Shown piece by piece: positions 1 through 9,913 of a stretch of 64,000 nt of DNA. Both the position numbers and the translations under genes were made by a program. The stretch is from a virus. Position 1 is the stretch's first letter, and each line of letters starts with the position of its first letter. The stretch lies in the IMG/VR virus record IMGVR_UViG_3300034954_001721. One strand, 5' to 3'. The notes under the pieces are model-generated. The model did not search any database, was not told where the DNA came from, and saw nothing but the letters and a program-made list of their open reading frames with translations.

Positions 1-1
1 C

Positions 2-3000
2 CTTGGTTATCACGCAGGAAATTGTGGAACTACTGGTTCTAATAGTATTTTCTTAGGAAGATATGCTGGTAAAAATACCACTACTGGAAATTATAATATC
101 TTCTTTGGAGGTATGGCAGGACAATGCAACACCACTGGAACTTGTAATGTTGCTGCAGGTGTTTTTGCTGCAAAGTGCCGTAATAGCTCTAATGGTGTCT
201 TTATTGGTCGGTATGCTGGTATGGGTTGCAACGGAGCAACTGGTGCCGAGAACATTATGCTTGGCAATGAAGCAGGAAAATGTAGCACAACTGGTGCTAA
301 TAATGTTTTTCTTGGAAGTGAGGTAGGTAAATGTGTCACTACTGGTGGATATAACGTTATATTTGGTAATAGGGCAGCAAAATGTCTAACCACTGGTGCT
401 AATAATGTTTTCTTAGGAAAATATGTTGCTTATGGTGCAAATGTAACTGGAGATGATAATATTTCTCTTGGTAGATGTTCAGGACTTTGTTTAACTAGTG
501 GTGGATACAACATCTTCTTTGGTTGTAGTGCAGGAAGATGCATGGCCGATGGAGAGTATAATGTTTTTATTGGTAAAAATGCTGGTTGTACTAATACCAC
601 TGGTAGTTATAACATTGCTATTGGAGATGCAGTAACACTTCCATCTGCAACGGGCAGTGGTCAGTTAGAAATTGGTTATTCAGCTGGCCGTTGGATTAGT
701 GGTAATAGTTCTTATACTGTATGTTTGGCTAACAGCAGTAACATTAAGGCATTTGAAAATGGCACAATGTGTGCTACTTGTTTCGTTGGATGTGGTGCTG
801 GTTTAACTGGAATTGATGCTGGATTTGATCCAGACGCAGATGAGAACTTAGTAGCGGGTACTAATGCTGGTGCTTCTCTTGATGGTTCGAGTGGTTGTTA
901 TAATGTTTTCTTAGGATTAAAGGCTGGTAATTCTGCTACTAGTGGTGCTGGAAATGTTTATATTGGTTGTTGTGCTGGAGAGTCAGACGCTACTGGAATT
1001 CGTAATGTTGCAATTGGTCAAGGTGCTGCTTGTGACTTTACTGCTGGCAATCAAAACGTCTTCTTGGGATATGGTGTAGCTAATGGAAACACTGGTACTA
1101 TAGGATGTAATGTAATTATTGGAGACACTGCTGGTTGTAATCAAAAGCAGTACAGCACAATTATTGGAGCAAAAGCTGGTGGTGAAAACACTGGTACTAA
1201 TTGTGGCAGTACTTTCATAGGACATCGGGCAGGATATTATAATAGTGCTGATTGTAATATTGCAATTGGTGTAGATGCAGGAAGAAGAACTACTGGAGAT
1301 TATTCAATTGCTATTGGATATTATGCTGGAGAATGTGTAAAAGGTGCTTACAATATTTCTATGGGATATTGTGCCCTGAAGGGTGGTACTGGAGGAGCTA
1401 CTAGTACTAATAATATTGCTATCGGTTGTGAAGCTGGTAAGGGTACAACTTCTGGTAATAATAATATTGCTATTGGAGCACAGTCATTATCCTCAAATAC
1501 GACTAGTAGTTGTAGTGTTGCCATAGGTTTTATGGCTGGAAAAAATGCTACTGGTGCCGATAACACTTTCATTGGTCGATATGCGGGAGCGGGTTGTAGT
1601 GGATCAAGTGGTGCATATAATATTGCAATTGGTAATCAGGCATTAAGCTGTGTAGGATCAACTAGCAGCAGTATTGCGCTAGGAACTAATGCTGGTAAAT
1701 GTAATATTGGATCATATAATATTTTATTTGGTGGTTATGCTGGTAGAGGAAGTTCTACAGTTACTGACAATACTGGTGGTGGTAATATCTTTGTTGGAAG
1801 ATATTCTGGATCATCAATTACTAGTGGTGTTTGTAATATTGCTATTGGATGCAAAGCTCTGTCCACAAACGCTGAAGGAACTCATAATATTGCAATTGGT
1901 AATGGGGCAGGTGAGAATTCTATGCCAGATGCCACTTGTACTGGTCACTGTAATATATTCATTGGTAGGAATGCAGGTTATAATGCAAATAAGACCCAAT
2001 ATTCTTGTTCCAATATTGCGATAGGTGCTAATGCGGGATATAAAGCTGCATATAATTGCAATGTCTTTATCGGAAATAATGCTGGTAAATGCAATGCTAA
2101 TTATAGCAATCTCTTCATAGGACAAGATGCTGGTTGTTCAATGACTGGAACTTACAATATAATGTTTGGTAGATCTGCAGGAAAAACTGGTGGTAGTGGT
2201 AATTGTAATATTGGTATTGGTTTCTGTGCTTTAATGTCTGTAAATGGCGGTGGTCAAAACGTTGCTATTGGAGGATGTAAGACAGCGTTCTCAATTACTA
2301 GTGGAAATGCTAATATCGCACTTGGTGAAGAAGCACTCTGTCAAGCAACAACAGGAGATCACAATATCGCAATCGGATTTGAGGCAGGATGTGATTTAAC
2401 AACAGGGTCATGTAACATCATCATTGGTGAGAATAGTCAAGTGGCCTCTGCAACTGGTAGTAATCAGTTTATCATCGGTATGGGTGGTAATAAGTGGATC
2501 TGTGGTGACAGTTCCTATAACATCTATGATAAGGACGGTAACCAACTGAATGGTGCTGGTGGTGGAGGATCATTCTCACCAGACGCAGATGAAAACTTAA
2601 TTGCAGGTACTGCTGCTGGTGCTTCTGTTGATGGTACTAATGCATGTCATAACTTATTCTTTGGAACTTGTGCTGGTAATGCAAACGTTGCTGGTGCTAA
2701 TAGTATTTTCCTTGGTTATCAAGCTGGTCGATATACTTTAAACTCCAGTAGTTTCGCTGGTAATATTATTATCGGTGATCGTGCAGGGCAAAAATTCGGA
2801 TGTGATTCTGGTGATGATCCATACAATAACGTAATTATTGGAACTTATGCTGGAAGATGTACCGATATGAATAGTTCGGTCCTTATTGGAAATAAGGCTG
2901 GTTGTTGTGCTGGTTCTAATGGCGATCAATTCAATACTTTTGTAGGAGCATATTCGGGAGTAAAAGCAAAAGGTTCTTATAATTCTTACTTTGGATTTTC

Positions 3001-5032
3001 TGCTGGTCGTTGTAATAATGGTGGTAGTAGTAATGTTATGATAGGAGCCTGCGCTGGTCAAAATATGACTGGTGGTGGTGGCAATGCTTTTGTTGGTAAG
3101 TATTCGGGTCGTCAAAATACTGGTGATTATAATACTGCTTTTGGACTTAATGCACTTCAATGTAAAACTGCTGGAGATTGTAATATTGCACTGGGATATA
3201 ATGCATTTAAAGGTAGTGCTTCTTTAGGTCATAGTAATGTTGCACTTGGAGCATGTGCAGGATTCTATCAAGAAGGAGATTGTAATGTTATTATTGGTGC
3301 TGGTGTTACTAGTGCTAATAGTGTCACTGGTAGCACTCAATTAGCAATTGGTATTGGTAATACTGTATGGTTGAGAGGTGATAGTTCCTATAACATCTAC
3401 GATAAGGATGGTAACCAACTCAATGGTGGTGGAGGATCATCATTCTCACCAGATGCACAAGGAAACTTATATGCTGGTACTTGTGCTGGTGCAGCATCTG
3501 ATAATGATACTAGTTTTAATGTTGCTATTGGAGAATGTGCTGGATGTAAAAATTGTTCTGGTGATCACAATGTATTCTTAGGAACTAATGCTGGAAGATG
3601 TACTCTTGCCGCTGATAATAATGTTATTATAGGAAAATCTACAGGATGTGCGCTTACAAATGGTGATTGTAATGTTTTCCTTGGTGTATATGCAGGTAGA
3701 AATTCAACCACTGGATGTCAAAATATCTTCCTTGGTAAGTATGCTTCTGGATATGCTGATGTAACTGGTAATGATAATGTTTCTATTGGATGTTTATCTG
3801 GAGGTAATCTAACTTCCGGTAATAATAACGTATTCTTAGGAAGATATGCTGCTGGTAGTGGAACAGTAACTGGTAATCATAATATTGCAATTGGTTGTGC
3901 ATCTGGTAGATTATTAACTTCAGGAACAAGTAATGTTATTATTGGTGAAACAGCGGGATGTAGTGTGACCCAAGGTGGTTGCAACATCCTCCTTGGTTTT
4001 GCTACCGGTAGAAAAATCACAACGAGTGGTGATAATATTATGATGGGAAGAGCAGTTGCTGCTGCTTCCCAAGCAACTCCATGTGCAAATGTTGTTATGG
4101 GTCTGGAAGCTGGTTATAACATGGGCAGCGCCTGTAAAAATGTTATGATTGGACATCAAGCAGGATGTGATGTAACAGGTCATTGTAATGTTTTCTTAGG
4201 ATATGAATCTGGAGCAAATGTAACTTCTGGAGGTGACAATGTATTCTTAGGAACTAATGCTGGTAAGGGTGATAGCAGTGGTTTTACTGGAAATCATAAT
4301 GTCTTATTGGGTAAAAATACTGGTGTGTGCGCTACTTCTGCATCGTACAATATTTTCCTAGGCACTCATTCTGGTAAATGTACAACCACTGGTAGTAGTA
4401 ATGTCTTCATGGGATATTATGCAGGTACCTGCACAACATCTTCAAATGCTATTGCTATAGGTCAAGAAGCTGGTAAAGGATGTGCTGGTTCCAGTGGTGC
4501 TAGTAATATAAGTCTTGGAACTTCTGCAGGATTTGGATTATCAACTGGTGGATGTAACATTTTGATGGGTTCTTGTGCAGGTAAAACTGTTACTTCATCA
4601 TGTTATAACGTTTTTATTGGACATGAGGCTGGAAAAAGTGCTGGTGGTAATGTTACTGGTAATAAAAATGTTTCTCTTGGTTATGCAGCATCATGTAATA
4701 TTACAAGTGGAACCGAAAATGTATCTGTCGGACAAAATGCTGGAAGAGATATTTCTTCTGGATCTTATAATGTTTACCTAGGAAGTTGTGCTGGTAACAA
4801 TATTAATAGTGGTTCTCATAATGTTATGATTGGGTGTAACGTTGAAGGTGCGTCAGCAACTGGTAGTTGTCAATTTAAAATTGGTGTTGGATCTAATCAT
4901 TGGATTTGTGGTGATAGTTCCTTTAACATCTACGATAAGGATGGTAACCAAATCACTGGAGGTGGTGGCGGAGGTGCAGGATCAGGAGTATCCCAAGCAA
5001 AAGCAACAGCAATTGCAATGATATTTGGATAA
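2..5032 (+). CDS. Giant Gly/Asn/Cys-rich repeat protein, probable tail fibre/adhesin (YadA-head-like N-x-x-I-G-x-x-A-G repeats); 5' end lies outside the window
   Basis: Frame is open from position 2 (LGYHAGNCGTTGSNSIFLGRYAG...) into the 113..5032 ORF. Dozens of N(I/V)(A/F)(I/L)GxxAG repeats; C-terminus GVSQAKATAIAMIFG typical of marine phage fibres. Confidence 0.75.
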   Translation, partial: LGYHAGNCGTTGSNSIFLGRYAGKNTTTGNYNIFFGGMAGQCNTTGTCNVAAGVFAAKCRNSSNGVFIGRYAGMGCNGATGAENIMLGNEAGKCSTTGANNVFLGSEVGKCVTTGGYNVIFGNRAAKCLTTGANNVFLGKYVAYGANVTGDDNISLGRCSGLCLTSGGYNIFFGCSAGRCMADGEYNVFIGKNAGCTNTTGSYNIAIGDAVTLPSATGSGQLEIGYSAGRWISGNSSYTVCLANSSNIKAFENGTMCATCFVGCGAGLTGIDAGFDPDADENLVAGTNAGASLDGSSGCYNVFLGLKAGNSATSGAGNVYIGCCAGESDATGIRNVAIGQGAACDFTAGNQNVFLGYGVANGNTGTIGCNVIIGDTAGCNQKQYSTIIGAKAGGENTGTNCGSTFIGHRAGYYNSADCNIAIGVDAGRRTTGDYSIAIGYYAGECVKGAYNISMGYCALKGGTGGATSTNNIAIGCEAGKGTTSGNNNIAIGAQSLSSNTTSSCSVAIGFMAGKNATGADNTFIGRYAGAGCSGSSGAYNIAIGNQALSCVGSTSSSIALGTNAGKCNIGSYNILFGGYAGRGSSTVTDNTGGGNIFVGRYSGSSITSGVCNIAIGCKALSTNAEGTHNIAIGNGAGENSMPDATCTGHCNIFIGRNAGYNANKTQYSCSNIAIGANAGYKAAYNCNVFIGNNAGKCNANYSNLFIGQDAGCSMTGTYNIMFGRSAGKTGGSGNCNIGIGFCALMSVNGGGQNVAIGGCKTAFSITSGNANIALGEEALCQATTGDHNIAIGFEAGCDLTTGSCNIIIGENSQVASATGSNQFIIGMGGNKWICGDSSYNIYDKDGNQLNGAGGGGSFSPDADENLIAGTAAGASVDGTNACHNLFFGTCAGNANVAGANSIFLGYQAGRYTLNSSSFAGNIIIGDRAGQKFGCDSGDDPYNNVIIGTYAGRCTDMNSSVLIGNKAGCCAGSNGDQFNTFVGAYSGVKAKGSYNSYFGFSAGRCNNGGSSNVMIGACAGQNMTGGGGNAFVGKYSGRQNTGDYNTAFGLNALQCKTAGDCNIALGYNAFKGSASLGHSNVALGACAGFYQEGDCNVIIGAGVTSANSVTGSTQLAIGIGNTVWLRGDSSYNIYDKDGNQLNGGGGSSFSPDAQGNLYAGTCAGAASDNDTSFNVAIGECAGCKNCSGDHNVFLGTNAGRCTLAADNNVIIGKSTGCALTNGDCNVFLGVYAGRNSTTGCQNIFLGKYASGYADVTGNDNVSIGCLSGGNLTSGNNNVFLGRYAAGSGTVTGNHNIAIGCASGRLLTSGTSNVIIGETAGCSVTQGGCNILLGFATGRKITTSGDNIMMGRAVAAASQATPCANVVMGLEAGYNMGSACKNVMIGHQAGCDVTGHCNVFLGYESGANVTSGGDNVFLGTNAGKGDSSGFTGNHNVLLGKNTGVCATSASYNIFLGTHSGKCTTTGSSNVFMGYYAGTCTTSSNAIAIGQEAGKGCAGSSGASNISLGTSAGFGLSTGGCNILMGSCAGKTVTSSCYNVFIGHEAGKSAGGNVTGNKNVSLGYAASCNITSGTENVSVGQNAGRDISSGSYNVYLGSCAGNNINSGSHNVMIGCNVEGASATGSCQFKIGVGSNHWICGDSSFNIYDKDGNQITGGGGGGAGSGVSQAKATAIAMIFG

Positions 5033-5065
5033 TAAATAACTAAACAAATAAGAGCAAAATAAATT

Positions 5066-5428
5066 ATGGCGAATCCTAATATTGCAGGGTTATCTAACAT
5101 ATATGGAAAGGTTGCTGGGCAAGCAATAGGGACAAGTGCCGCTGCAATTGTAACTAACTCTAATTCAAGTGGAAAGATTTATAAAATAAATTCGCTGATT
5201 ATTTCAAATGTTGATGGGTCAAATTCTGCTGATGTAACTGCAACTGTATATAAAAATCAATCAACAGAATACCATTTAGTTAAAACGGTTGCAGTTCCTG
5301 CTGATGCAACTTTGGTTGTTATCTCCAAAGATACAACAATTTACTTAGAAGAAAATGATAGTATAAGACTAACTGCTAGTGCTGCTTCTGATTTGGAAGC
5401 AGTATGTTCCTGGGACGAAATTAGTTAA
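5066..5428 (+). CDS. Small virion structural protein (MANPNI... type that follows fibres ending in AIAMIFG)
   Basis: Beta-rich 120 aa ORF; TAAATA late-promoter motif at about 5033-5038. Confidence 0.6.
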   Translation: MANPNIAGLSNIYGKVAGQAIGTSAAAIVTNSNSSGKIYKINSLIISNVDGSNSADVTATVYKNQSTEYHLVKTVAVPADATLVVISKDTTIYLEENDSIRLTASAASDLEAVCSWDEIS

Positions 5429-5429
5429 A

Positions 5430-6299
5430 ATGGGATATTATACTTATAATTGTGGACTGATAGGCACGGGACGAAAACAAGGTGAAGGTGTTCATAACAC
5501 CGAAACTGCTTTTCATGCTGCTAGTGCTCTAGAAGATTTAAGAACCGAACTATCGAAGGTTGGCACCGCAATTCAGGGGGGAAGAACAGGATATAAACTT
5601 ACAACTAATCGTCATAATATTCAATATAATGGCGATGAAAAATATATAAGTGATGGTGGTGGGGACATGTATGATAGTGGTAATTACACTATTTGTATGA
5701 ATGAGTCTAATCCTTCATTTAGTAACTTTGGTAGTAGTGGACGTAGTAATAGTGAAGCAATAAGTTATGATGATACTTCTGTTACTACACCTAATGGTTC
5801 TGGTGTTGGTGAATATCGATATATAGCAGGGGGATGGTCTGGATCTTATCTTGATACTGAGGGTGCATTAATTGTTGCTGCTACTACAGGTAATAGTGGA
5901 CATACTTATTGTGGGTTTGCGAAAGGTGGAAACTCTGGTGCTGATGGTAGTGGTAATAAAATTCAAGTAGATCTATATAATGGAAGTGTAATATCTGGTT
6001 TTACTGTTTATGCATCATATATGGCAACAGTCAATGCTAATGATCCAAGTGTGTGTGATTTGTATATATTACTGGGACACGCTAACTGGGGAACAACATT
6101 TGGAACAATTAATAAGTATAATTATACCAACACTGGATACAATACTTCTGCTATGTGGAGTGAAAGTTCTAGTCAAAACAATGTTTTAGCAATCGCAACA
6201 TTAGCTGCAAGAACTTCTGGAAATACACCTGTGCAAAGTGAAATGGAAGGAATTGTATCTGATATTGTTGGTGATATACAATCTGAATTCTCGTACTAA
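5430..6299 (+). CDS. Hypothetical virion-associated protein
   Basis: ATG at 5430 directly after the previous stop is the likelier start than 5379; Gly/Ser/Tyr-rich. Confidence 0.55.
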   Translation: MGYYTYNCGLIGTGRKQGEGVHNTETAFHAASALEDLRTELSKVGTAIQGGRTGYKLTTNRHNIQYNGDEKYISDGGGDMYDSGNYTICMNESNPSFSNFGSSGRSNSEAISYDDTSVTTPNGSGVGEYRYIAGGWSGSYLDTEGALIVAATTGNSGHTYCGFAKGGNSGADGSGNKIQVDLYNGSVISGFTVYASYMATVNANDPSVCDLYILLGHANWGTTFGTINKYNYTNTGYNTSAMWSESSSQNNVLAIATLAARTSGNTPVQSEMEGIVSDIVGDIQSEFSY

Positions 6300-6301
6300 A
6301 A

Positions 6302-8533
6302 ATGAAAAGAAATAGTGGAATTATAGGTGGCACAAAAGCAACTAATAGACTACAAACTTCTGGTGTTTATGAACTCTACGATTGTTATAACAGTCGTGTT
6401 GATAATTCATGGCCACGAACTAAGTATCTTTTAAGTATTAGTCCTAATGTTGCAAATCATTATGAGGGAGAAACTAAAACTTACACAATTTCTTTAGATG
6501 GATATGATTCGGGAGATAGTATCTATTATACGTATCAAAGTACGGGAGGAACTGTAAACTCTACCGATTTTGTTTCAGATTTTTCGGGATCTCTTTTAGT
6601 TGATTCTAACGGAAATGCTTCATTGCAACCACAACTTGCTAGGGATGCTGACTCTGAAGGATCAGATACGTTTAAAATTCAAATTAGAGATGGAAGCACA
6701 AGTGGAACAGTTTTGGGTGAAAGTGGAACCATCACAATACCAAATGCAACATATACACTAACTCCAAGCACTTCAACGCCAAACGAAGGTACAGCAGTTA
6801 CCATGACTCTGGCAGGAACTAATACTTATACTGGTACACATTACTACTCATTAGAAGGCACGGCTGCTAATACAACTGATATTGTTAGCAATTTAACAGG
6901 TAGTTTTTCTTTTAATGGATCATCAGGAACTTTCACTCTTTCTATAAGAGATGATTTTACTACAGAAGGTTCTGAGACTCTTACTGTAAGAGCAAGAGTT
7001 AATAGCACAACTGGACCTATTGTTGCTTCTAGTACACTTACAATACAAGATAGTTCTATTACACCAACTGCAACTATTACTCCAAGTACCACAAGTTTGA
7101 ATGAAGGATCTAGTGTTACATTTACTGTAAACACTACAAATATGACTTCTGGTACTTTAACTTATCGAGTAAGTTTGGGTGCTGATACAGAAGCATCTGA
7201 TTTAGCGTCAACATATGGAACTGTTAGTATTTCTAGTTCGACAGGTTCATTCTCAATCACTGCAACCTCTGATAGTATTACAGACTCAGGAACTGAGACT
7301 TTTACTGTTAAAATTTATAATGAACCAGACGGAAATGGTGCATTACTAGCAACCAGTTCTGCAATTACAATTAATGATACATCAACTGGTACTACAGAAC
7401 CTACGGTAGAAATATATGAAAAAACATATATTGCTCTCTGTGGATATACAAAAGAGGCAAGTACTTATAAAACAACGTATATGGTAACAAATAATGAGTT
7501 TGTGGATGTAACAGTTTATGATGACCAAACATGGACAAATGGAAGTGGAACAACAGCTCCTTTTATTGCTAAAGATTACATTTATCACAGAGGATATTCT
7601 GGACCTGGACACAGATTCAAAATTAGTGACTTAAGTCATCAAACATTTACTTCTGGAAACTATGCTTACTCGGTAAAAAGTATGGCTGGTATAAGCTCAA
7701 CTGCTTATGCGTCATATATTGCAGCACAGAACTGGTCTGGTGGTCTATACTATAATGCCTCTGCTAATACAACCAATCTTAATAATACTTTTGCAATGAC
7801 TAATTCAACACTTGTAAATGGTGTTCCAGGTACTAACAACGTTGGAATTTCTACTAATGGAAGTGGATATATGCATGGTACGGTTGGTTTAGGATCAGCA
7901 ATATATCTTGCAAAAGGATATAGTGGTAGTGGTATTTCAGCATCAAGAATGTTTAAGAGCACTGATGGTGGTGTAAATTTTACAGAAACTGCTCAACTTA
8001 CTTATTCATTTGGTGGATGTTTGGGTTCATATCCAGATTATGACGGAGGTAAGTTGTTATGGTGGTTTGGTAATAAATTAAGAACCTCATCAGATGGAAT
8101 AACTTGGTCAACAGAGGTTTCAGAAAGTGGTAATGGTATTGGTTCTCCCAGCTATAGAGATATTAGAACCCCAGTTTATAATAAGGATACCCAGAAGTTT
8201 TATCACACTAATAACAGTGTGTATAGTAGTGGTTCTAGTACTGTATATGAATCAACAAATGGTTACACTTGGACAAGTTCAGGAACTGCACAATATAGTG
8301 GAACAACTAAATCATTATTTAATGTAGTTGTTATGCCAAATGGAGATATGGTAGGAATGCATAATAATGGTAGATTCATGGAATTTTATAGATTTCCTAG
8401 AAACGGAACATCTATCACATGGAATACTACAAATCTAGTAAACAAAGTTCCGATTGCTGGAATAGGTTCTTTTATTACACGTTACTATACTAATGGAGTA
8501 TTCGGTCCTTTTGGTGCTTTTAATGGTGGATAA
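6302..8533 (+). CDS. Virion structural protein with three Calx-beta/Ig-like repeats and a C-terminal BNR/Asp-box-like region
   Basis: Repeats ending DxxxEGxETFT; Asp-box-like motifs KSTDGGVNF, TSSDGITW, ESTNGYTW. Confidence 0.6.
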   Translation: MKRNSGIIGGTKATNRLQTSGVYELYDCYNSRVDNSWPRTKYLLSISPNVANHYEGETKTYTISLDGYDSGDSIYYTYQSTGGTVNSTDFVSDFSGSLLVDSNGNASLQPQLARDADSEGSDTFKIQIRDGSTSGTVLGESGTITIPNATYTLTPSTSTPNEGTAVTMTLAGTNTYTGTHYYSLEGTAANTTDIVSNLTGSFSFNGSSGTFTLSIRDDFTTEGSETLTVRARVNSTTGPIVASSTLTIQDSSITPTATITPSTTSLNEGSSVTFTVNTTNMTSGTLTYRVSLGADTEASDLASTYGTVSISSSTGSFSITATSDSITDSGTETFTVKIYNEPDGNGALLATSSAITINDTSTGTTEPTVEIYEKTYIALCGYTKEASTYKTTYMVTNNEFVDVTVYDDQTWTNGSGTTAPFIAKDYIYHRGYSGPGHRFKISDLSHQTFTSGNYAYSVKSMAGISSTAYASYIAAQNWSGGLYYNASANTTNLNNTFAMTNSTLVNGVPGTNNVGISTNGSGYMHGTVGLGSAIYLAKGYSGSGISASRMFKSTDGGVNFTETAQLTYSFGGCLGSYPDYDGGKLLWWFGNKLRTSSDGITWSTEVSESGNGIGSPSYRDIRTPVYNKDTQKFYHTNNSVYSSGSSTVYESTNGYTWTSSGTAQYSGTTKSLFNVVVMPNGDMVGMHNNGRFMEFYRFPRNGTSITWNTTNLVNKVPIAGIGSFITRYYTNGVFGPFGAFNGG

Positions 8534-8536
8534 ATA
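8531..8536 (+). promoter_or_regulatory. T4-type late promoter (TAAATA)
   Basis: ATAAATA overlapping the stop of 6302..8533, upstream of the small ORF and the sulfotransferase. Confidence 0.55.
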
Positions 8537-8552
8537 GTAAAAAAATTTAATT

Positions 8553-8696
8553 ATGGAAAAAAACGTAGAAATTTTTGTAGAAGGTAACTGGGTGACACTC
8601 AGTAAAGAAGTAACAGAACCAGAAGCTCACATCCTTTTACATACAATTGATCTTGAGTCTATTAATGCGACTGATATCAGAGCAGTTGATTGTTGA
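8553..8696 (+). CDS. Small hypothetical protein (47 aa, MEKNVEIFVEGNWVTLSKEV...)
   Basis: Read by hand; fills the gap between the late promoter and the sulfotransferase; below the ORF-track cutoff. Confidence 0.5.
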   Translation: MEKNVEIFVEGNWVTLSKEVTEPEAHILLHTIDLESINATDIRAVDC

Positions 8697-8709
8697 TTTA
8701 CAAATTTAA

Positions 8710-9540
8710 ATGAAGACATTTTATTTCATGGCTGGACTACCCAGATCGGGTAGTACCTTGCTTTCGTCTATCCTAAATCAAAATCCAAGATTTTATTCTG
8801 GTCCATCAAGTCCTGTGCTTGGTGCAATGTATGCACTGGAAGAGAATTTTACTTCTAATGAACTTTATACTGGATATCCAAAACCAGACCAAGTGATAGA
8901 ACTTATTGGTAGTGTCCCTCACCATTTCTACAGTGATGTAGAAAAACCTATTGTCTTTGATAAGAATCGTGCATGGACTGCAAGAGTCCCATATATTGAA
9001 CAATACATTAAACAGCAGGCAAAGATTCTTGTTCCCGTTCGTCGAGTAGATGAGATTCTCACGTCCATTCTTTCAATGATTCATCGTAATCCTTTTCAAG
9101 AAGGACAGGATAGAATTAATTTTGTTGATGAGTATTTGGTGAAAACAAATCAACCAATTAATGATTATAATCGATGTATGCATCTGTTAAATCCTGATGG
9201 TATAGTGTATGAGTCACTGAATGCAGTCAAGTTAGGACTTGAACAGAACATGCGTGACAAAATGCATTTTATAGACTATAATGATATGGTGAGTAATCCC
9301 GAGCAAGTTATGGAGGATATCTATGACTTCTTAGGAGAAGAACATTATGAGCATACATTTGATGGTCTCTCTAATACTCATAGAGAGAATGACCTTAACA
9401 CATATGGATTAGGTGATATGCATGAAGTTCGTTCTAAATTAGAAAAAACTTCTACATCGCCAGAGTCTGCACTCCCTAAAGAAATTATTGCTCTTTATGA
9501 GGAGAATAAAAAACAGATGGAGTTTTGGTTATCTAAATAG
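8710..9540 (+). CDS. PAPS-dependent sulfotransferase family protein
   Basis: 5'-PSB loop AGLPRSGSTLL, DKNRAW, VRRVDEILTS (3'-PB-like), YNDMVSNPE. Confidence 0.85.
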   Translation: MKTFYFMAGLPRSGSTLLSSILNQNPRFYSGPSSPVLGAMYALEENFTSNELYTGYPKPDQVIELIGSVPHHFYSDVEKPIVFDKNRAWTARVPYIEQYIKQQAKILVPVRRVDEILTSILSMIHRNPFQEGQDRINFVDEYLVKTNQPINDYNRCMHLLNPDGIVYESLNAVKLGLEQNMRDKMHFIDYNDMVSNPEQVMEDIYDFLGEEHYEHTFDGLSNTHRENDLNTYGLGDMHEVRSKLEKTSTSPESALPKEIIALYEENKKQMEFWLSK

Positions 9541-9565
9541 AAAAGTTACGACAACACTAATAAAA

Positions 9566-9910
9566 ATGGCGATTCAACATTCAAGATCCATTGTAAATCT
9601 TGAGGTATTAAATTCTGGTGGCACCGATATTGTTTCTAGAGTAGAAGTACAATTTTCCTCTTATGATGATTCTAACCAAGAAGAGACATCTATCGAGTCT
9701 AATGAGAACTTTGAGTTGAATACTGATGGAGTTTCTAATACTGATGAAGGATTCGTTGCCTTTGCAGATTTAACAGAAGCTACAGTATTGGGTTGGCTTT
9801 CAACTTTATCTGATGTAGAAACTAGATGTCAGACAGGACATTCTGCATGGATCAATTCTGTTCTTAATCCTCCTGCTCCACCTACGGTAAGTAAAGCAAA
9901 TCCTTGGTAA
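9566..9910 (+). CDS. Conserved small phage protein usually next to tail fibres (FxxFxDLTExxVxxW...PW)
   Basis: ATG 9566 follows TAAATA at about 9534; motif FVAFADLTEATVLGWL and terminal PW. Confidence 0.55.
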   Translation: MAIQHSRSIVNLEVLNSGGTDIVSRVEVQFSSYDDSNQEETSIESNENFELNTDGVSNTDEGFVAFADLTEATVLGWLSTLSDVETRCQTGHSAWINSVLNPPAPPTVSKANPW

Positions 9911-9913
9911 TTT

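Noticed and set aside
63-5021. Many short alternate-frame and antisense ORFs over the giant fibre gene
   Set aside because: By-products of repetitive GGT/AAT/GCT codon usage; no independent signals.
2-5032. Cys excess as a sign of genetic code reassignment
   Set aside because: Conserved enzymes in the window use TGT/TGC at expected Cys positions (e.g. glutaredoxin CPYC) and all three stop codons end genes normally.
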